From Histomonas meleagridis 2922-C6/04-290x (taxonomy: Eukaryota; Protista; Parabasalia), in the NCBI GenBank assembly GCA_020184695.1, contig JAANOX010000207.1, positions 293,819 through 357,818 of the forward strand: DNA of 64,000 nucleotides, in the 5' to 3' direction. Shown here in pieces: positions 21,517 through 32,434 of this stretch. The translations under genes and the position numbers were made by a program. The notes below the pieces were generated by a model, which was not told where the DNA came from, searched no databases, and worked only from the letters and a program-made list of their open reading frames with translations. The stretch's first letter is position 1. Each line of letters starts with the position of its first letter.

Positions 21517-22176
21517 TTATTGAAAGCCTTTCTCGCCGAAAACTTGGATTTTTGGGATACAAAAAATTGAATCATCGTCACCCCAATTATCGATTGGAAT
21601 TATATCAAATTCGTTGAAGTAAACATGAGACGGAAGTTCAAACGATTGTTTTTCTTTGTTTTGGAGAAGTTTGAATGTTCCAATTTTATTTTCTGACTTT
21701 GACTCTTGGTTTCTAAAAACCAAGCAAAAGCTTTTGACTAGGCAACTTTGATTTTTTGTTTCTGAAAAGTCAATTCTGTTGATTGCAGATTGCTTTGGGG
21801 ATTTAAGAATAAAACGTTGAGATGTCATGAAATTTGAAATCTTTTTAAATAGCCCAGATGGCTTTTCATAATAGAAATAATTTTCTTTTTCATTAAAATT
21901 TGTATTCTTTTCAAAATCGATTGGAACACTTATAATCTCTCTTTCTATTTGCTTCAACTTGTCCATATTTTGAAGGTAATTTATTGTGTTCCTTAATTTT
22001 TGATCATTTGCTAGCAAAAAATCAAATCTAGATGCAAAATCATTTAAATTTGAAACATGCTTTTGTAATTCTACTTCAATGTTTTCAAGATCATTTAATA
22101 CATTTTTGGCTTCGTTTAAGCTCATAATTTCTGTCAATTCCTTTGTTAAAACATAAGAAAATAAAACAAAAAGCAT
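21517..22176 (-). CDS. SUN (Sad1/UNC-84)-like domain protein
   Basis: Hydrophobic N-terminus, coiled coil, and C-terminal DNWGDDDSIFCIPKIQVFGE resembling the SUN 'SNWG..YTCLYRFRVHG' end. Confidence 0.55.
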   Translation of the reverse strand: MLFVLFSYVLTKELTEIMSLNEAKNVLNDLENIEVELQKHVSNLNDFASRFDFLLANDQKLRNTINYLQNMDKLKQIEREIISVPIDFEKNTNFNEKENYFYYEKPSGLFKKISNFMTSQRFILKSPKQSAINRIDFSETKNQSCLVKSFCLVFRNQESKSENKIGTFKLLQNKEKQSFELPSHVYFNEFDIIPIDNWGDDDSIFCIPKIQVFGEKGFQ

Positions 22177-22443
22177 TGAGATGTCGACCGTTAATAATGA
22201 AGCAAAACTAAAAACAAGCTTTTAAAGCATCAAGCTTTATTTCCATTAAACCATTACCCAAAGTAAACCACACCCGCAAAGTAGCATGCATGGTTACGAA
22301 AACAAAGATGTTTTTAAAATTTAAATTTTCATTATTACAACGACCAAAGAACAAATACATTCCAAAATCTTAATAGAAACTTTTATTCAAAGACAGTTAT
22401 TTTCAAAAATTAAAACTTCGTTGTATATATATTTTATAATCAT

Positions 22444-23034
22444 TTATCCTTGCCTCTTTTGCCAAGATTGGAAATTCCTGAGTTTGGCATATATTTTGTT
22501 AGCAGGACTTCCCATGACTAAGTCACAAATAACTCTCTTTGCCATTTTGACGTTATTTATGGTTCCAATGATATGAATTCTTTGATCATTCAATGCTATT
22601 CTTGTTCTTGTTGAGTTTTCAATTGCAAACTTAATTTGACCACCTTTACCAGCAATACGTCCAATAGCACGTGATAAATTATCACCATGAAGTGTCTTAA
22701 TGTCTGTAACAGAGAACTCATCCATATAAATATCATCAAGACGTACAAGTGCAAGTGCATCATTCACTTCAAATCCATTCAAAAAAGCTTTTATGAAATC
22801 AACAGCTTTTGTCATGGCATTTGGATTTGTTGTCTGATAACTTGTTTTAAGTTCTATGCAATTAATGTGAGTATTGTAACAAACATTTAACTTTAATTGC
22901 TGAACAATTGGTTGGACAATAGCTGGGAAATTGTTCCTTAAAGCGGCACGTCTTTGTGGAGGAACTGGTATTTTTCTGTAATCCTCATTGTTTGGATTTC
23001 CAATTTGGTCTTCTTGTAGGTTAGGAACAGACAT
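22444..23034 (-). CDS. PNO1: Pre-rRNA processing KH protein PNO1/DIM2
   Basis: RKIPVPPQR.., KAVDFIKAFLNGFEVNDALALVRLDD, RAIGRIAGKGGQIKFAIENSTRTRI. Confidence 0.95.
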   Translation of the reverse strand: MSVPNLQEDQIGNPNNEDYRKIPVPPQRRAALRNNFPAIVQPIVQQLKLNVCYNTHINCIELKTSYQTTNPNAMTKAVDFIKAFLNGFEVNDALALVRLDDIYMDEFSVTDIKTLHGDNLSRAIGRIAGKGGQIKFAIENSTRTRIALNDQRIHIIGTINNVKMAKRVICDLVMGSPANKIYAKLRNFQSWQKRQG

Positions 23035-23598
23035 ATTTTGGATTTGTGGATGACCACGAACAAAAACTTTTAACCGAAAAATACTCTGAATTTCAGTTCA
23101 CATCACCAAAAAAACAAAAAAAAAATTTAATCAAAAAACATTCATCGAAATAGAAACCCCATAAATACAGTCAACATCCAGTAAACTTGCATCAATATGT
23201 TATTGATTTGAATAAAATTTTTATTATGATTGATCAATATATATGTTGAAATTACAATATTAAATTTAAAAAGCATAAATGAACATAAAGCATATGTATA
23301 ATCTTAAAGGAAGTTCGACCATTTAACACGTTATTTGACAAAATTAAGATAAATTTAATGTGCATTATTTGTTGAAAATTTTGTTTTCCTTTAAAAGACA
23401 AAATAAACAGTCATCATAAGTCTAGAAAATTATCATAATTATTTTGTGATTTTAATAATTTAAAATAATGATTAAGATTTGAAAAAAGTTTCAGTCTAAA
23501 AATTCAATTAGTGTTTGGCTTTGCTTCCATATTTTATTTATGCTATTTGTGGCTTTTTTTCAAAATATGCCAAATTTTAAAAGTGCCAAATTCAAGAA

Positions 23599-24865
23599 AT
23601 GAAGAAAAACTTCAGTGATGATGAAGCAGATTATGTTTTTGATTAAAATTTAATATTTTATATTAAAATTTGATATTTATAATTATTTTTTGGAACTCCA
23701 CTTCATAGAGCAGTACTTGATGGAAATTTTGAAGTTGTCAAAAGACTCATTGAAGAACATTCAATAGATATTAATGCAAAGAATATTTATTTATTGTATT
23801 CTCTGTTTATTAAAATGATTTAAAATTTCAAGTTAATTTTTGGTATTAATAAAAATTATATAAAACTGCATTAATGTTTGCGTCATCAAAAGGCCACATT
23901 GAAATATTTAAATATCTTCTTGCTCAAGATGAAATTGATGTTAATATTCAAGATATTTATCCAATTTTTTTAAAGTTTATTTTAATGGTTTAGAACTTCT
24001 TAAAGAGATTTGGAATTTATGTAAATCATTTAATACCCTCCTTATAATTGAAGCTTGGAATGGTAAAACAGAAATTGTTAAATCGCTTCTTGAATTGAGT
24101 TCAATTAATGTTAATTTTAAAGGTTTTTATTTATTGTCTTCCAAGTTTATTTTATTGATTATTAATTTTAAAAAATTATTTGGAAATTATTTAAATTATT
24201 TAGAACTGCACTTATGTGGGCTTCTTTATTTAACCATATAAAAATTGTTGAATTACTACTTGAAGATGAATCACTAGATATTAATATAAAGGATTTTTAT
24301 TTATTTCAATTGATATATATTTCTCTTATTTCGAAATTTTTTCATATAATTTTTGGTAATTATTAATAATATTTGATACAGCTCTTTCGATAGCATCTCA
24401 AAAAGGTAATACAGAAATAGTGGAATTACTTCTTGAAGACAATAGAATCGATGTCAATTCCAAAGATATTTATTTGCATTTTTATAATATTTTTTATAAT
24501 TATTTTATGTTTGGTAACATTATTTGGAAATTCATCAATTTATTTGACACTGCTCTTATGAAAGCAACATCAAATGGTCACGTTGGAATAGTGTTATTAC
24601 TTCTTAATCATAAAGGAATTAACATTAAAATTACTAATATTTATTTAACATATTTAATATTTGATTCAATGATTTCGAATTTAAATATCATATTTGGAAA
24701 TTATTAATCTTTTTTGAAACTGCTTTTAAAATAGCAGATGAAAAGAGACAAATCGAAATTTTTGGTTTACTTACTGAAAAAATTAGAGCTTCATATCATA
24801 TCAATGAAACAGAATTTTCTTCCTCAAATAAATGCACAGGTATCAGAAAATATTATGAATCATAG
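23599..24865 (+). CDS. Ankyrin-repeat protein (locus A), predicted 268 aa after removing 27 micro-spacers (26 of 17 nt, one of 18 nt)
   Basis: Seven stop-free ankyrin modules start at Thr codons 23695, 23865, 24035, 24205, 24378, 24549 and 24719, separated by 63-83-nt blocks. 1267 - 460 = 807 nt = 269 codons. Restored linkers: YNDGT, NSKGKT, DKRGNT, GQLGRT, DDRNGDT, DNYGDT, NNRGET. Confidence 0.8.
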
Positions 24866-25541
24866 ATGAAGTATAAATAAATGTCGAATAATAAGCATCA
24901 ACAAATAAATCAAAAATTAAAATGTTCACCTTTCTTAAGAAAATAAATGCTAATAAATTTATTCCATGTCCGTATTTCTAACCAGTAAAAATTATTAAAT
25001 TATTTTAGATGCTTTTGATTTTATCTAAGGATGCAATGTGGACAGCAATCTAAATGAACTTGATCACATTTTACTAATTTTTTTTTAAAAACTATAACAA
25101 AAAAATGAAAGCATATGCTATTAAAACATAATTTTGAAATTATTTAAAAAATGTTAATATTTGCTGACAAAAGATATTTTTGTTTAAAAAAAATTTAGAT
25201 ATATGATTGAGTTGTCGAAAGTTTTGAAAATCTCAAATAGATTGCTAATTTTAAGTTAATGATGTTATACATTACAAAAACAATCAAAGTTCTTATCAGC
25301 CAATTCACCAAAAAGTAGATCTAAGTTAAAAATAGTAATGTTTCTTACATCCAACAATTCCTGGAGAAAATAATGGAACTTTATATGTAACGACAGCGTT
25401 TTCTGGTCGAAACCTGTTTTTGACATCGGGAGAATCTGTGGATTAAAACGAGTTGTTTCTTCTTCTTTGAGGAGCAATAAATACAGGTAAAGCCAAAGCA
25501 ATTTGCTTTCAACTAAAAAAAAAAAATAGGTGATTTTTGGT

Positions 25542-25934
25542 TTACTTCCATCCACCTCCCCATTTCCAAACATTATCCATATATGCGCATCCGGCGCGAC
25601 ATGACTTATCATAATTACTGGAAGATGAATCGCAATCACAGCTGTCGATTCCTACAGTTTCATCATAGAAAGAACATGATGTTTTACATGGTGCTAGGAA
25701 ATTGCCAAATTCCGATGAATGTTCATCACAATAATCACGGCAACTTGCTGTAACTTCATATCTTGGTGTTGCATTTGATAAAAGTTTTTTAGGAACCTTT
25801 TCATAAATTGAATGAGTGCAACCGATCATGCATGCCTTAGTTTCATTTGAAGATTTGAACTTGCGTGAGCAGAAATTAGCACATGCTTTTGTTTTTGAAA
25901 TTTTAGCAATACACAAAAACAGTAAAGCGAACAT
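25542..25934 (-). CDS. Small secreted cysteine-rich protein
   Basis: Signal peptide MFALLFLCIAKIS and repeated C-x3-C motifs (CANFC, CMIGC, CRDYC, CKTSC, CRAGC). Confidence 0.7.
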   Translation of the reverse strand: MFALLFLCIAKISKTKACANFCSRKFKSSNETKACMIGCTHSIYEKVPKKLLSNATPRYEVTASCRDYCDEHSSEFGNFLAPCKTSCSFYDETVGIDSCDCDSSSSNYDKSCRAGCAYMDNVWKWGGGWK

Positions 25935-26068
25935 CAGACTGAAAGCTTACAGTTAGAAATTTTGTAAACTATACAACTATCAACTGATCGTATGGCATTT
26001 GACGCACGATACGTCACCGCTTTTTATATACTTTACACAAGATCAAATTCCGGTTATAGTTGGCGTGT

Positions 26069-26533
26069 TTAGAATTTCATAAGATGTGGACGGTCTCCAG
26101 GCTTGAGAGTAAATGTGCTCTTGAGGTAGTCAACCATTTCTGGAATCTTTTCTGCAGCAGCATTAATTGCAGCAGCAGAACCTGCTTCATCAACATTTCC
26201 TATTTCAAGTTTAGTTGATGTAGCAATTAAGAAATCTTGATCAACCTCAATTGGTTTTATAGCTGGTCCATTAACTTTAACAATACCTTTTCCATTATCA
26301 GCAAAAACAACACCACGTTTACCTTTGTATTCACCATCAAGAATGATAACAATGGTGCCATTTTGGATAGAATCACGTGTCTTCCTTTCTGGAACAGGGA
26401 CTTCTTCAGGTTTGATTGGATCGATCTCAGCAGCTACAGCTGGACGTGTTAAAGCAACGCGTGGGATTCCGTGCCATGTTGGTTTTCTTGGATCCTTCTT
26501 TTGGATTGGTTGAATGAAAAGGAGTTCGGCCAT
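26069..26533 (-). CDS. RPL6: 60S ribosomal protein L6 (eL6)
   Basis: KOW-like GTIVIILDGEYKGKRGV, FLIATSTK, and C-terminal YLKSTFTLKPGDRPHLMKF. Likely start ATG 26533. Confidence 0.92.
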   Translation of the reverse strand: MAELLFIQPIQKKDPRKPTWHGIPRVALTRPAVAAEIDPIKPEEVPVPERKTRDSIQNGTIVIILDGEYKGKRGVVFADNGKGIVKVNGPAIKPIEVDQDFLIATSTKLEIGNVDEAGSAAAINAAAEKIPEMVDYLKSTFTLKPGDRPHLMKF

Positions 26534-26540
26534 TACTTTA

Positions 26541-26569
26541 AAAGGAAAGACCATAACCTCCGTCACTTT
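26541..26569 (-). promoter_or_regulatory. Trichomonad-type M2 (AAAGTGAC) and M5 (CCTTT) core-promoter motifs upstream of RPL6
   Basis: The minus strand reads AAAGTGAC (26569-26562) ... CCTTT (26545-26541), then ATG 26533. AAAGTGAC also occurs at 45854-45847 (CCDC39) and 52210-52203. Confidence 0.55.
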
Positions 26570-27392
26570 TCGGTTCAAAAAGCATGATTTTGTAAACAAA
26601 ACATTTTCTTTATATTGGGGTGCCTTAACATATGGGAATACGTTAAAAATTTACATTCCACAATAAGGAATCATAGGTATTCAAAATTATGCCATTTAAT
26701 TCTCTTCTAGAAATACTTGATTTTTCATAGGTTGCTAAATACAAATAAATTCAGATATATATATATATAGCTTTATAAAGCTAATCATATGATATGTCTT
26801 ATTTTTCTAAAAAAAACATTACTAAATTACATATAAAATTTAATGAAAATATCAATTGTTCCAAAATATCCTATTGATGGCATAAAAAGATTTCATGAAT
26901 CCAAAAATTTTTGTACAATCAGATCTGATTCATTTATGATATTTTTTTCCCATCATCTAGATAATGTTTTTGGAACACGTACCTACGATGTTTCTAGAAA
27001 AATGAATGGCCATTTTTAAGAGAACATAAATATTGCCAAACATTTTTCGTTATTTCGAAACATATAAGTAATAACAAGTTAATATTAACTCCACACATGC
27101 TTTGCTATTTCTTTGTGATTTGTAAGAATTTTTGATAAACTTATCCAAGATTCTTTGGTTGATATCATAATTTATAACATACTTTTATAAAAGAATCATT
27201 AAATTTGTACTTTATTACATAAGGTTCCTATGATAGGATAGTCTCATTTTTAAACGCACAGTTTTTCCTAAGTTTTTGCTTTGTTATTTCAGCATTTCAT
27301 TTTTCTGTCTATCCACACAATTTTTCTTTACTTTACTTGCTCATTTTCAATACGTATTTGGTTCCAACGTTTCTTTTCAAAAATTCTAGGGG

Positions 27393-30300
27393 ATGCGGAT
27401 CAAGTTCTTTGAGCTTTTGTATCCGCTCTTCGCTTCAATCAAGTTCAAAGTAAAAATACCCATCGCTATGCAGTGGATTAAAGTCATAATTATTTTTATG
27501 CAATATTTTATTCTCTTGATTCAACCGATGGATGACCCTGAAGATTTTTTCAACGAGCCAAAACGAAGCAATATAGTCATTAAAATGCAGAGCGTTGTTT
27601 ATTTTTTACCATGGTTTCTTGGAGTATCTTCCTTTCTTTTTGATAACATAGTCATATTCCTAATTCTTTTCGGAACATTTCTCACAATTGTTCACGCAGC
27701 CAATCAACATCTCAAGCACAAACCAGTTAATTATTTTGAACTCCAATTTATTACATATTTTATCAATATACTTGTACCAATTTTTTCATTTATCCAATAT
27801 TTTCGAATTGTCTTTATAATTGAAAAAATAGTACAATCTTATGATACTACATCATGGGTTTCATTAGTTTTTAGCATTATGAATTTTTTATTTTATGGTT
27901 TTTATCATTTATTAAATTCACTTTTTATAGAACCATTTTCATTTGTAATTAAATCGATATTAGATATCTATGAAGGTAAATCGAATATTATATTATATTT
28001 TATTAGCTCATTATTTTGCATATTTTATCTTTTGTTTGACTTTTTTACCAATTTTTTTGTGAAATTAATTTTATTTATAGCATCAGTAGTTTTAACGGTC
28101 GCTCTCTTTTACCTACGATTTTACCTCACATGTCATGTATCATTATTTGGTGATTTTTTTGAATTAACACCAATGTTATTTTTTTGTGTTTTATTTTTAG
28201 CACGATTATTTTTTAATCCCCCTATATTTGCCATTGTTTTAATTGAAGTTATTGTTATTGTATTTACAATCTTAATATTACATTTTGGAGCAAAAATTAA
28301 GCTACGACAAGCTTTACATTTGTTTTCAGTCTTTATATCAAATGAAACACATAGTACTAAAGATCCATCTAATTATATTTCAACATCAGCAGCATCAATG
28401 ATACGAGTATTAATTAAAACTAATTCAGATCCATCAATTTTTGTTCGATATATGAATTCACAAAAACATTTAAGTAAAAGCACTTCTGTAATGCTTGAGA
28501 TCATACGCTTTTTATCATTATTTCCAAGTCGAAGGAACTCTATGTATAATGAATTAATACAACTTTCAAGTAATTCATTATTTGATCGTTTTACGATATA
28601 TTTTTTTGGGAAAAAATTAAAATCATTATTAAATGGTTTTAATGATATTAAACAAGGATCAATACATTTATTACAACGTTCATACATAATCCATCATTCA
28701 TTATTCTGGAAGATGAGATATGAAAATCGAAAATGGTCAGCATTAAAAGAAGCATTTTCATCTGCATATTATTACATCGAACTTTATTATGAAATCACAA
28801 GTTTACTTGAACGATATCCATTTGATGATAATTTATTTATACAATATCATCAATTTCTTTTAATTGCTTGTGGTGATTATGATTGTTCATTAAAGAGCAA
28901 ACAAATTGCAACTGATTTAAATGGTAATCGATCAGCAATTCCAGATCCTTTATTACATCCAATGTTATCATATAATCCACGAATAATGCAATTTTGTAAT
29001 GATGAAGAACTTAAATTAGGATATTATTCGACATCTAATTTTAAACAAAATACATCATTTCAAAGTATGAGTAATACAAGTCAAGCGAATACATCAAATT
29101 ATGGGAAACAAAACTCAAAACAAAGTCAAGTTGAACATAGTTCTAAAAATGAAGAGAGTTCGAATGTTAGTATTGCGAACAAATTAAAAGATAATTCTAA
29201 TGAGCCACCAATTGCTTCATTTATTAAAGTATCAAATAGATTAATACCAATTTATCCAATTATTCATATGGTTATACCATTTTTGTTTTTAATTTTGTTC
29301 TTGTTTCATTCGAAGCCTATGGAAGATAGTGTTTATTCCAAAGCATTAAAAGCATCGAAATTAATTAATCAAAGTGTTGAACAATATCAATCATCGATAT
29401 GTTCTTTATACATTGGAATTAGTTCTAATTTTAATGGGATAACAAATTATTCGAATTATAGTAATTTTTCACAATGTATAATTGAAATTTCACGGATTTT
29501 AAATATATTTCAAGATTTTACTAATTTATTACCTGCTATTTCAACATCATTAGATTTTTCATCTGAAATTTTATTTGATTTGTTTCAATCTCATTTCATT
29601 AATAGTACTGATGTATGTCATATATTACGTACATTAGAAACCACAATGATCAATAATATTATTACTGATTTTAATATAATAACTACACAAGTTAATGAAA
29701 TTGATTCAAGTGTTACATATATACAAGAAACAGTTGAACGGAAATATTTAATATATTATATAATATTAACTGAGTTTATAATCGCATTAATATTTATCAT
29801 TGGTTATTTAATTATATTATTATTACAAGTGAATAAAGTTTTTTCGAAAGAAGATCCAAAAGTTATTGAGTTCTTACAATCACATTCAAGACTTTTATTA
29901 ATGATGTTTGAACAAGTATATGAATCATGGGAACATTTAACATCTTTTATACCGATTATTCAAAATGATAAATCGACTGATTGGAATTTTGATCCTACAC
30001 AAGCATATTTACAATCATCATCACATTTATCAGGTGCCAAATTTTCGTCAGGTTTTATGAATAGTATGAATAATAATGAAGAATCTAATACATCACCAAA
30101 ACAATTAACACGACCTACAAATCATTCGAATAATAAATCCGCAACTGAATCTACTGATCAAAGTGAATATTCCGGTTTTGATCTCAGTGAAAAGCAACAA
30201 AATCTCGTTTTATTATCATTCACAGGTGCAATTAATCAACCTTATGATAATCAACATGAGAAAGGATCATTTCATCCAATAAGTTTATCACGTAGTTCAA

Positions 30301-31991
30301 GTCATAAAGGTTCTGATATATCATCAGAGAATAATGTTTCACAAGATGTAAATCATGATGACGAAGATATTCAATTATATGGTTTAGAAGAAGATAATGT
30401 CGAATCATTAATTGATGATACTATTAAGAAAACTAATAAGTCATGGATATTTATTCCTTGTTTCATATTCATTCATTGGTTATTAATATGTTTCTGTTTC
30501 ATCATATTTTTGATTCCGATTAATTTAAGATATGTATATAAACTTAGTACTATTTCTCATGTGAAAGATATAAAATTCCAAATGAATAACGTGTTGGATT
30601 TAACAAAGGCTTCTTTCTCTACTTTGTTTTATAATACTTCATGTTTCGACGTGATTAATAACTCTTATAGTCATTTGGTTAACTCTTCAAGTGAAGTTAC
30701 TAATTTGTTTAATACAAGAGTTTGCTTATATTTACATGGTTTAACTTGTTTAACTCCCGCGCATAATGCTGAGTTAGCTATGAATGATCAATATTTTAAT
30801 GATAGGAATTCTTCTATCATGCAATATATCCCTTTCTTTGTGCATTTTACGATATCTGCCTTTAAAAACATTTATCAGCCGTATTTCTTTAGGATGGCTT
30901 CTGAACCCATTTCGTGTTTTTATTGTTTTATCATTTGTATAATATTTATTTGTATTACAATAATAATTTATGGTGTAAATAGACAGAAATTAATTATGAG
31001 AGGTTTTAACTCCCTTTTTAATTTCCCAGAGGAATTCTTGGCTCAAAAGAAAAAAATCGAAACTACAGAAGAAAAAAAGTCAGAACCGCAGCTATCGTCG
31101 GCGGTTCTGGTCGTTACATCCGTTGAAAATTCAGATGAAATTTATTCAATTTCTTCAAACTCAGTAACCGTTTTGGGCGCTAAACCTTCAGAATTCATAT
31201 CAAGAAAACTTAATAAAGTGTTCCCTTTGATCCATAATGATAACCCAGATGTGGAATTTAGAGAACACTTAATGCCTGATAAAAAAACTAGAAAAATTTT
31301 TAGATCTTATACTGACCATATTGGTCAAATTTCAAAAACATTAATGATCGAAGAACAAAGACCAAATTCACAAAGAAAAGATGAACAACTTACGAATAAA
31401 TTAATGGAATTTATACCGCCATACTTTGCTAAAAAGTTTGGTGACGAAAATATTAGATCAACAACATTTAATAACTCAATATTAATCATAATGAGCCTTT
31501 CAGAAAATCTAACATCGGCTGTTAATGATAGAGTTACGTCAACAATTAATCATCAAATAATGAATTATTCTCATTCAATGATCTTATTAGAATCTTCTGG
31601 CGGTAGAATGGCTTTCACTTCGTTCAGTAATGTACAACCATTGGTAGCTTTACTCTTCTTGAGAGATATTCTTAATGATTGCAAAGCTTTGGCAAGACAA
31701 AACCCATCAATGTTTGCGCCCGTTAATTTTATCGTTACAAAATTTGACAATCTGACGGTGACCGTTAATGACAAACCAGAACCTGTTTTGGAAATAACAC
31801 CAAATATTGATGAGTTAAAAGAGGCAATAATGCATTTAAATAATAACTATATTTTCATTAATGATCAGTTGTTGAATATGTTTCCTGGAATTCCAGTTCA
31901 TGAACAAAAGATGGAATTCTCTCAGCAAACATCTGAATTCGACTCTTTTCTTTTCGATGACTTCTTAAAGTTTTTCACAAATAATGTATAA
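27393..31991 (+). CDS. Large multi-pass membrane protein with a PAS-like and a degenerate nucleotidyl-cyclase-like C-terminus (trichomonad TM cyclase family)
   Basis: N-terminal TM bundle, further TM pairs, PAS-like SDEIYSISSNSVTVLGAKPSEFISRKL, then FIPPYFAKKF.. preceding a cyclase-like region without clear catalytic Asp residues. Confidence 0.6.
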   Translation: MRIKFFELLYPLFASIKFKVKIPIAMQWIKVIIIFMQYFILLIQPMDDPEDFFNEPKRSNIVIKMQSVVYFLPWFLGVSSFLFDNIVIFLILFGTFLTIVHAANQHLKHKPVNYFELQFITYFINILVPIFSFIQYFRIVFIIEKIVQSYDTTSWVSLVFSIMNFLFYGFYHLLNSLFIEPFSFVIKSILDIYEGKSNIILYFISSLFCIFYLLFDFFTNFFVKLILFIASVVLTVALFYLRFYLTCHVSLFGDFFELTPMLFFCVLFLARLFFNPPIFAIVLIEVIVIVFTILILHFGAKIKLRQALHLFSVFISNETHSTKDPSNYISTSAASMIRVLIKTNSDPSIFVRYMNSQKHLSKSTSVMLEIIRFLSLFPSRRNSMYNELIQLSSNSLFDRFTIYFFGKKLKSLLNGFNDIKQGSIHLLQRSYIIHHSLFWKMRYENRKWSALKEAFSSAYYYIELYYEITSLLERYPFDDNLFIQYHQFLLIACGDYDCSLKSKQIATDLNGNRSAIPDPLLHPMLSYNPRIMQFCNDEELKLGYYSTSNFKQNTSFQSMSNTSQANTSNYGKQNSKQSQVEHSSKNEESSNVSIANKLKDNSNEPPIASFIKVSNRLIPIYPIIHMVIPFLFLILFLFHSKPMEDSVYSKALKASKLINQSVEQYQSSICSLYIGISSNFNGITNYSNYSNFSQCIIEISRILNIFQDFTNLLPAISTSLDFSSEILFDLFQSHFINSTDVCHILRTLETTMINNIITDFNIITTQVNEIDSSVTYIQETVERKYLIYYIILTEFIIALIFIIGYLIILLLQVNKVFSKEDPKVIEFLQSHSRLLLMMFEQVYESWEHLTSFIPIIQNDKSTDWNFDPTQAYLQSSSHLSGAKFSSGFMNSMNNNEESNTSPKQLTRPTNHSNNKSATESTDQSEYSGFDLSEKQQNLVLLSFTGAINQPYDNQHEKGSFHPISLSRSSSHKGSDISSENNVSQDVNHDDEDIQLYGLEEDNVESLIDDTIKKTNKSWIFIPCFIFIHWLLICFCFIIFLIPINLRYVYKLSTISHVKDIKFQMNNVLDLTKASFSTLFYNTSCFDVINNSYSHLVNSSSEVTNLFNTRVCLYLHGLTCLTPAHNAELAMNDQYFNDRNSSIMQYIPFFVHFTISAFKNIYQPYFFRMASEPISCFYCFIICIIFICITIIIYGVNRQKLIMRGFNSLFNFPEEFLAQKKKIETTEEKKSEPQLSSAVLVVTSVENSDEIYSISSNSVTVLGAKPSEFISRKLNKVFPLIHNDNPDVEFREHLMPDKKTRKIFRSYTDHIGQISKTLMIEEQRPNSQRKDEQLTNKLMEFIPPYFAKKFGDENIRSTTFNNSILIIMSLSENLTSAVNDRVTSTINHQIMNYSHSMILLESSGGRMAFTSFSNVQPLVALLFLRDILNDCKALARQNPSMFAPVNFIVTKFDNLTVTVNDKPEPVLEITPNIDELKEAIMHLNNNYIFINDQLLNMFPGIPVHEQKMEFSQQTSEFDSFLFDDFLKFFTNNV

Positions 31992-32434
31992 TTTGTAAAT
32001 AAAAAATTGTTTATAATAAAAGGATTCTGTGAAATTTTACAACAATTTATAATGTTATCTGTAAAATTATGTGATCTAAGAAATAAAAAGCAACCATAAA
32101 CATTTTCCATAAATAAGGTTGGTAAAAAAGTTGATCGCTGATGGCATATTCTATATCATTTTTCATCATCGATAATATGAGGATGTCATTTATTTCTTTA
32201 TAGGTAATGGATGTTTGACCTTCGATTTCGACAAACCAGCAGATGATATTAAACGTTGTATGCATTTGAACAAGACATCCATGGCTTGCCCATTTTTGTT
32301 AAATATCAACATAAAATTGATAAAATATTACTAGTTAATGTTTTATAATGTTTTTCATCTTAAGCAGATGCACACCATCGCTATGAAACAGTTAAAAAGT
32401 AAGAGAAGCATATATAAGCGGCTACAGTTTATAT

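Noticed and set aside
23785-24718. Reading each block as one GT-AG or AT-AC (U12) spliceosomal intron
   Set aside because: There are no consistent GT/AG ends or ACTAAC branch site. AT..AC cuts break the frame. A single-intron model leaves I-Y-F-x linkers lacking the conserved Gly, whereas the 17+3 parse restores it.
23785-24718. A single long ribosomal hop between matched take-off and landing codons
   Set aside because: The candidate codon pairs (ATT/TAT versus TTT) do not match consistently across blocks, and the model does not explain the 20-nt internal periodicity.
25265-25639. 124-aa minus-strand ORF overlapping the Cys-rich gene
   Set aside because: No credible start or domain; it may be a chance ORF or a remnant.
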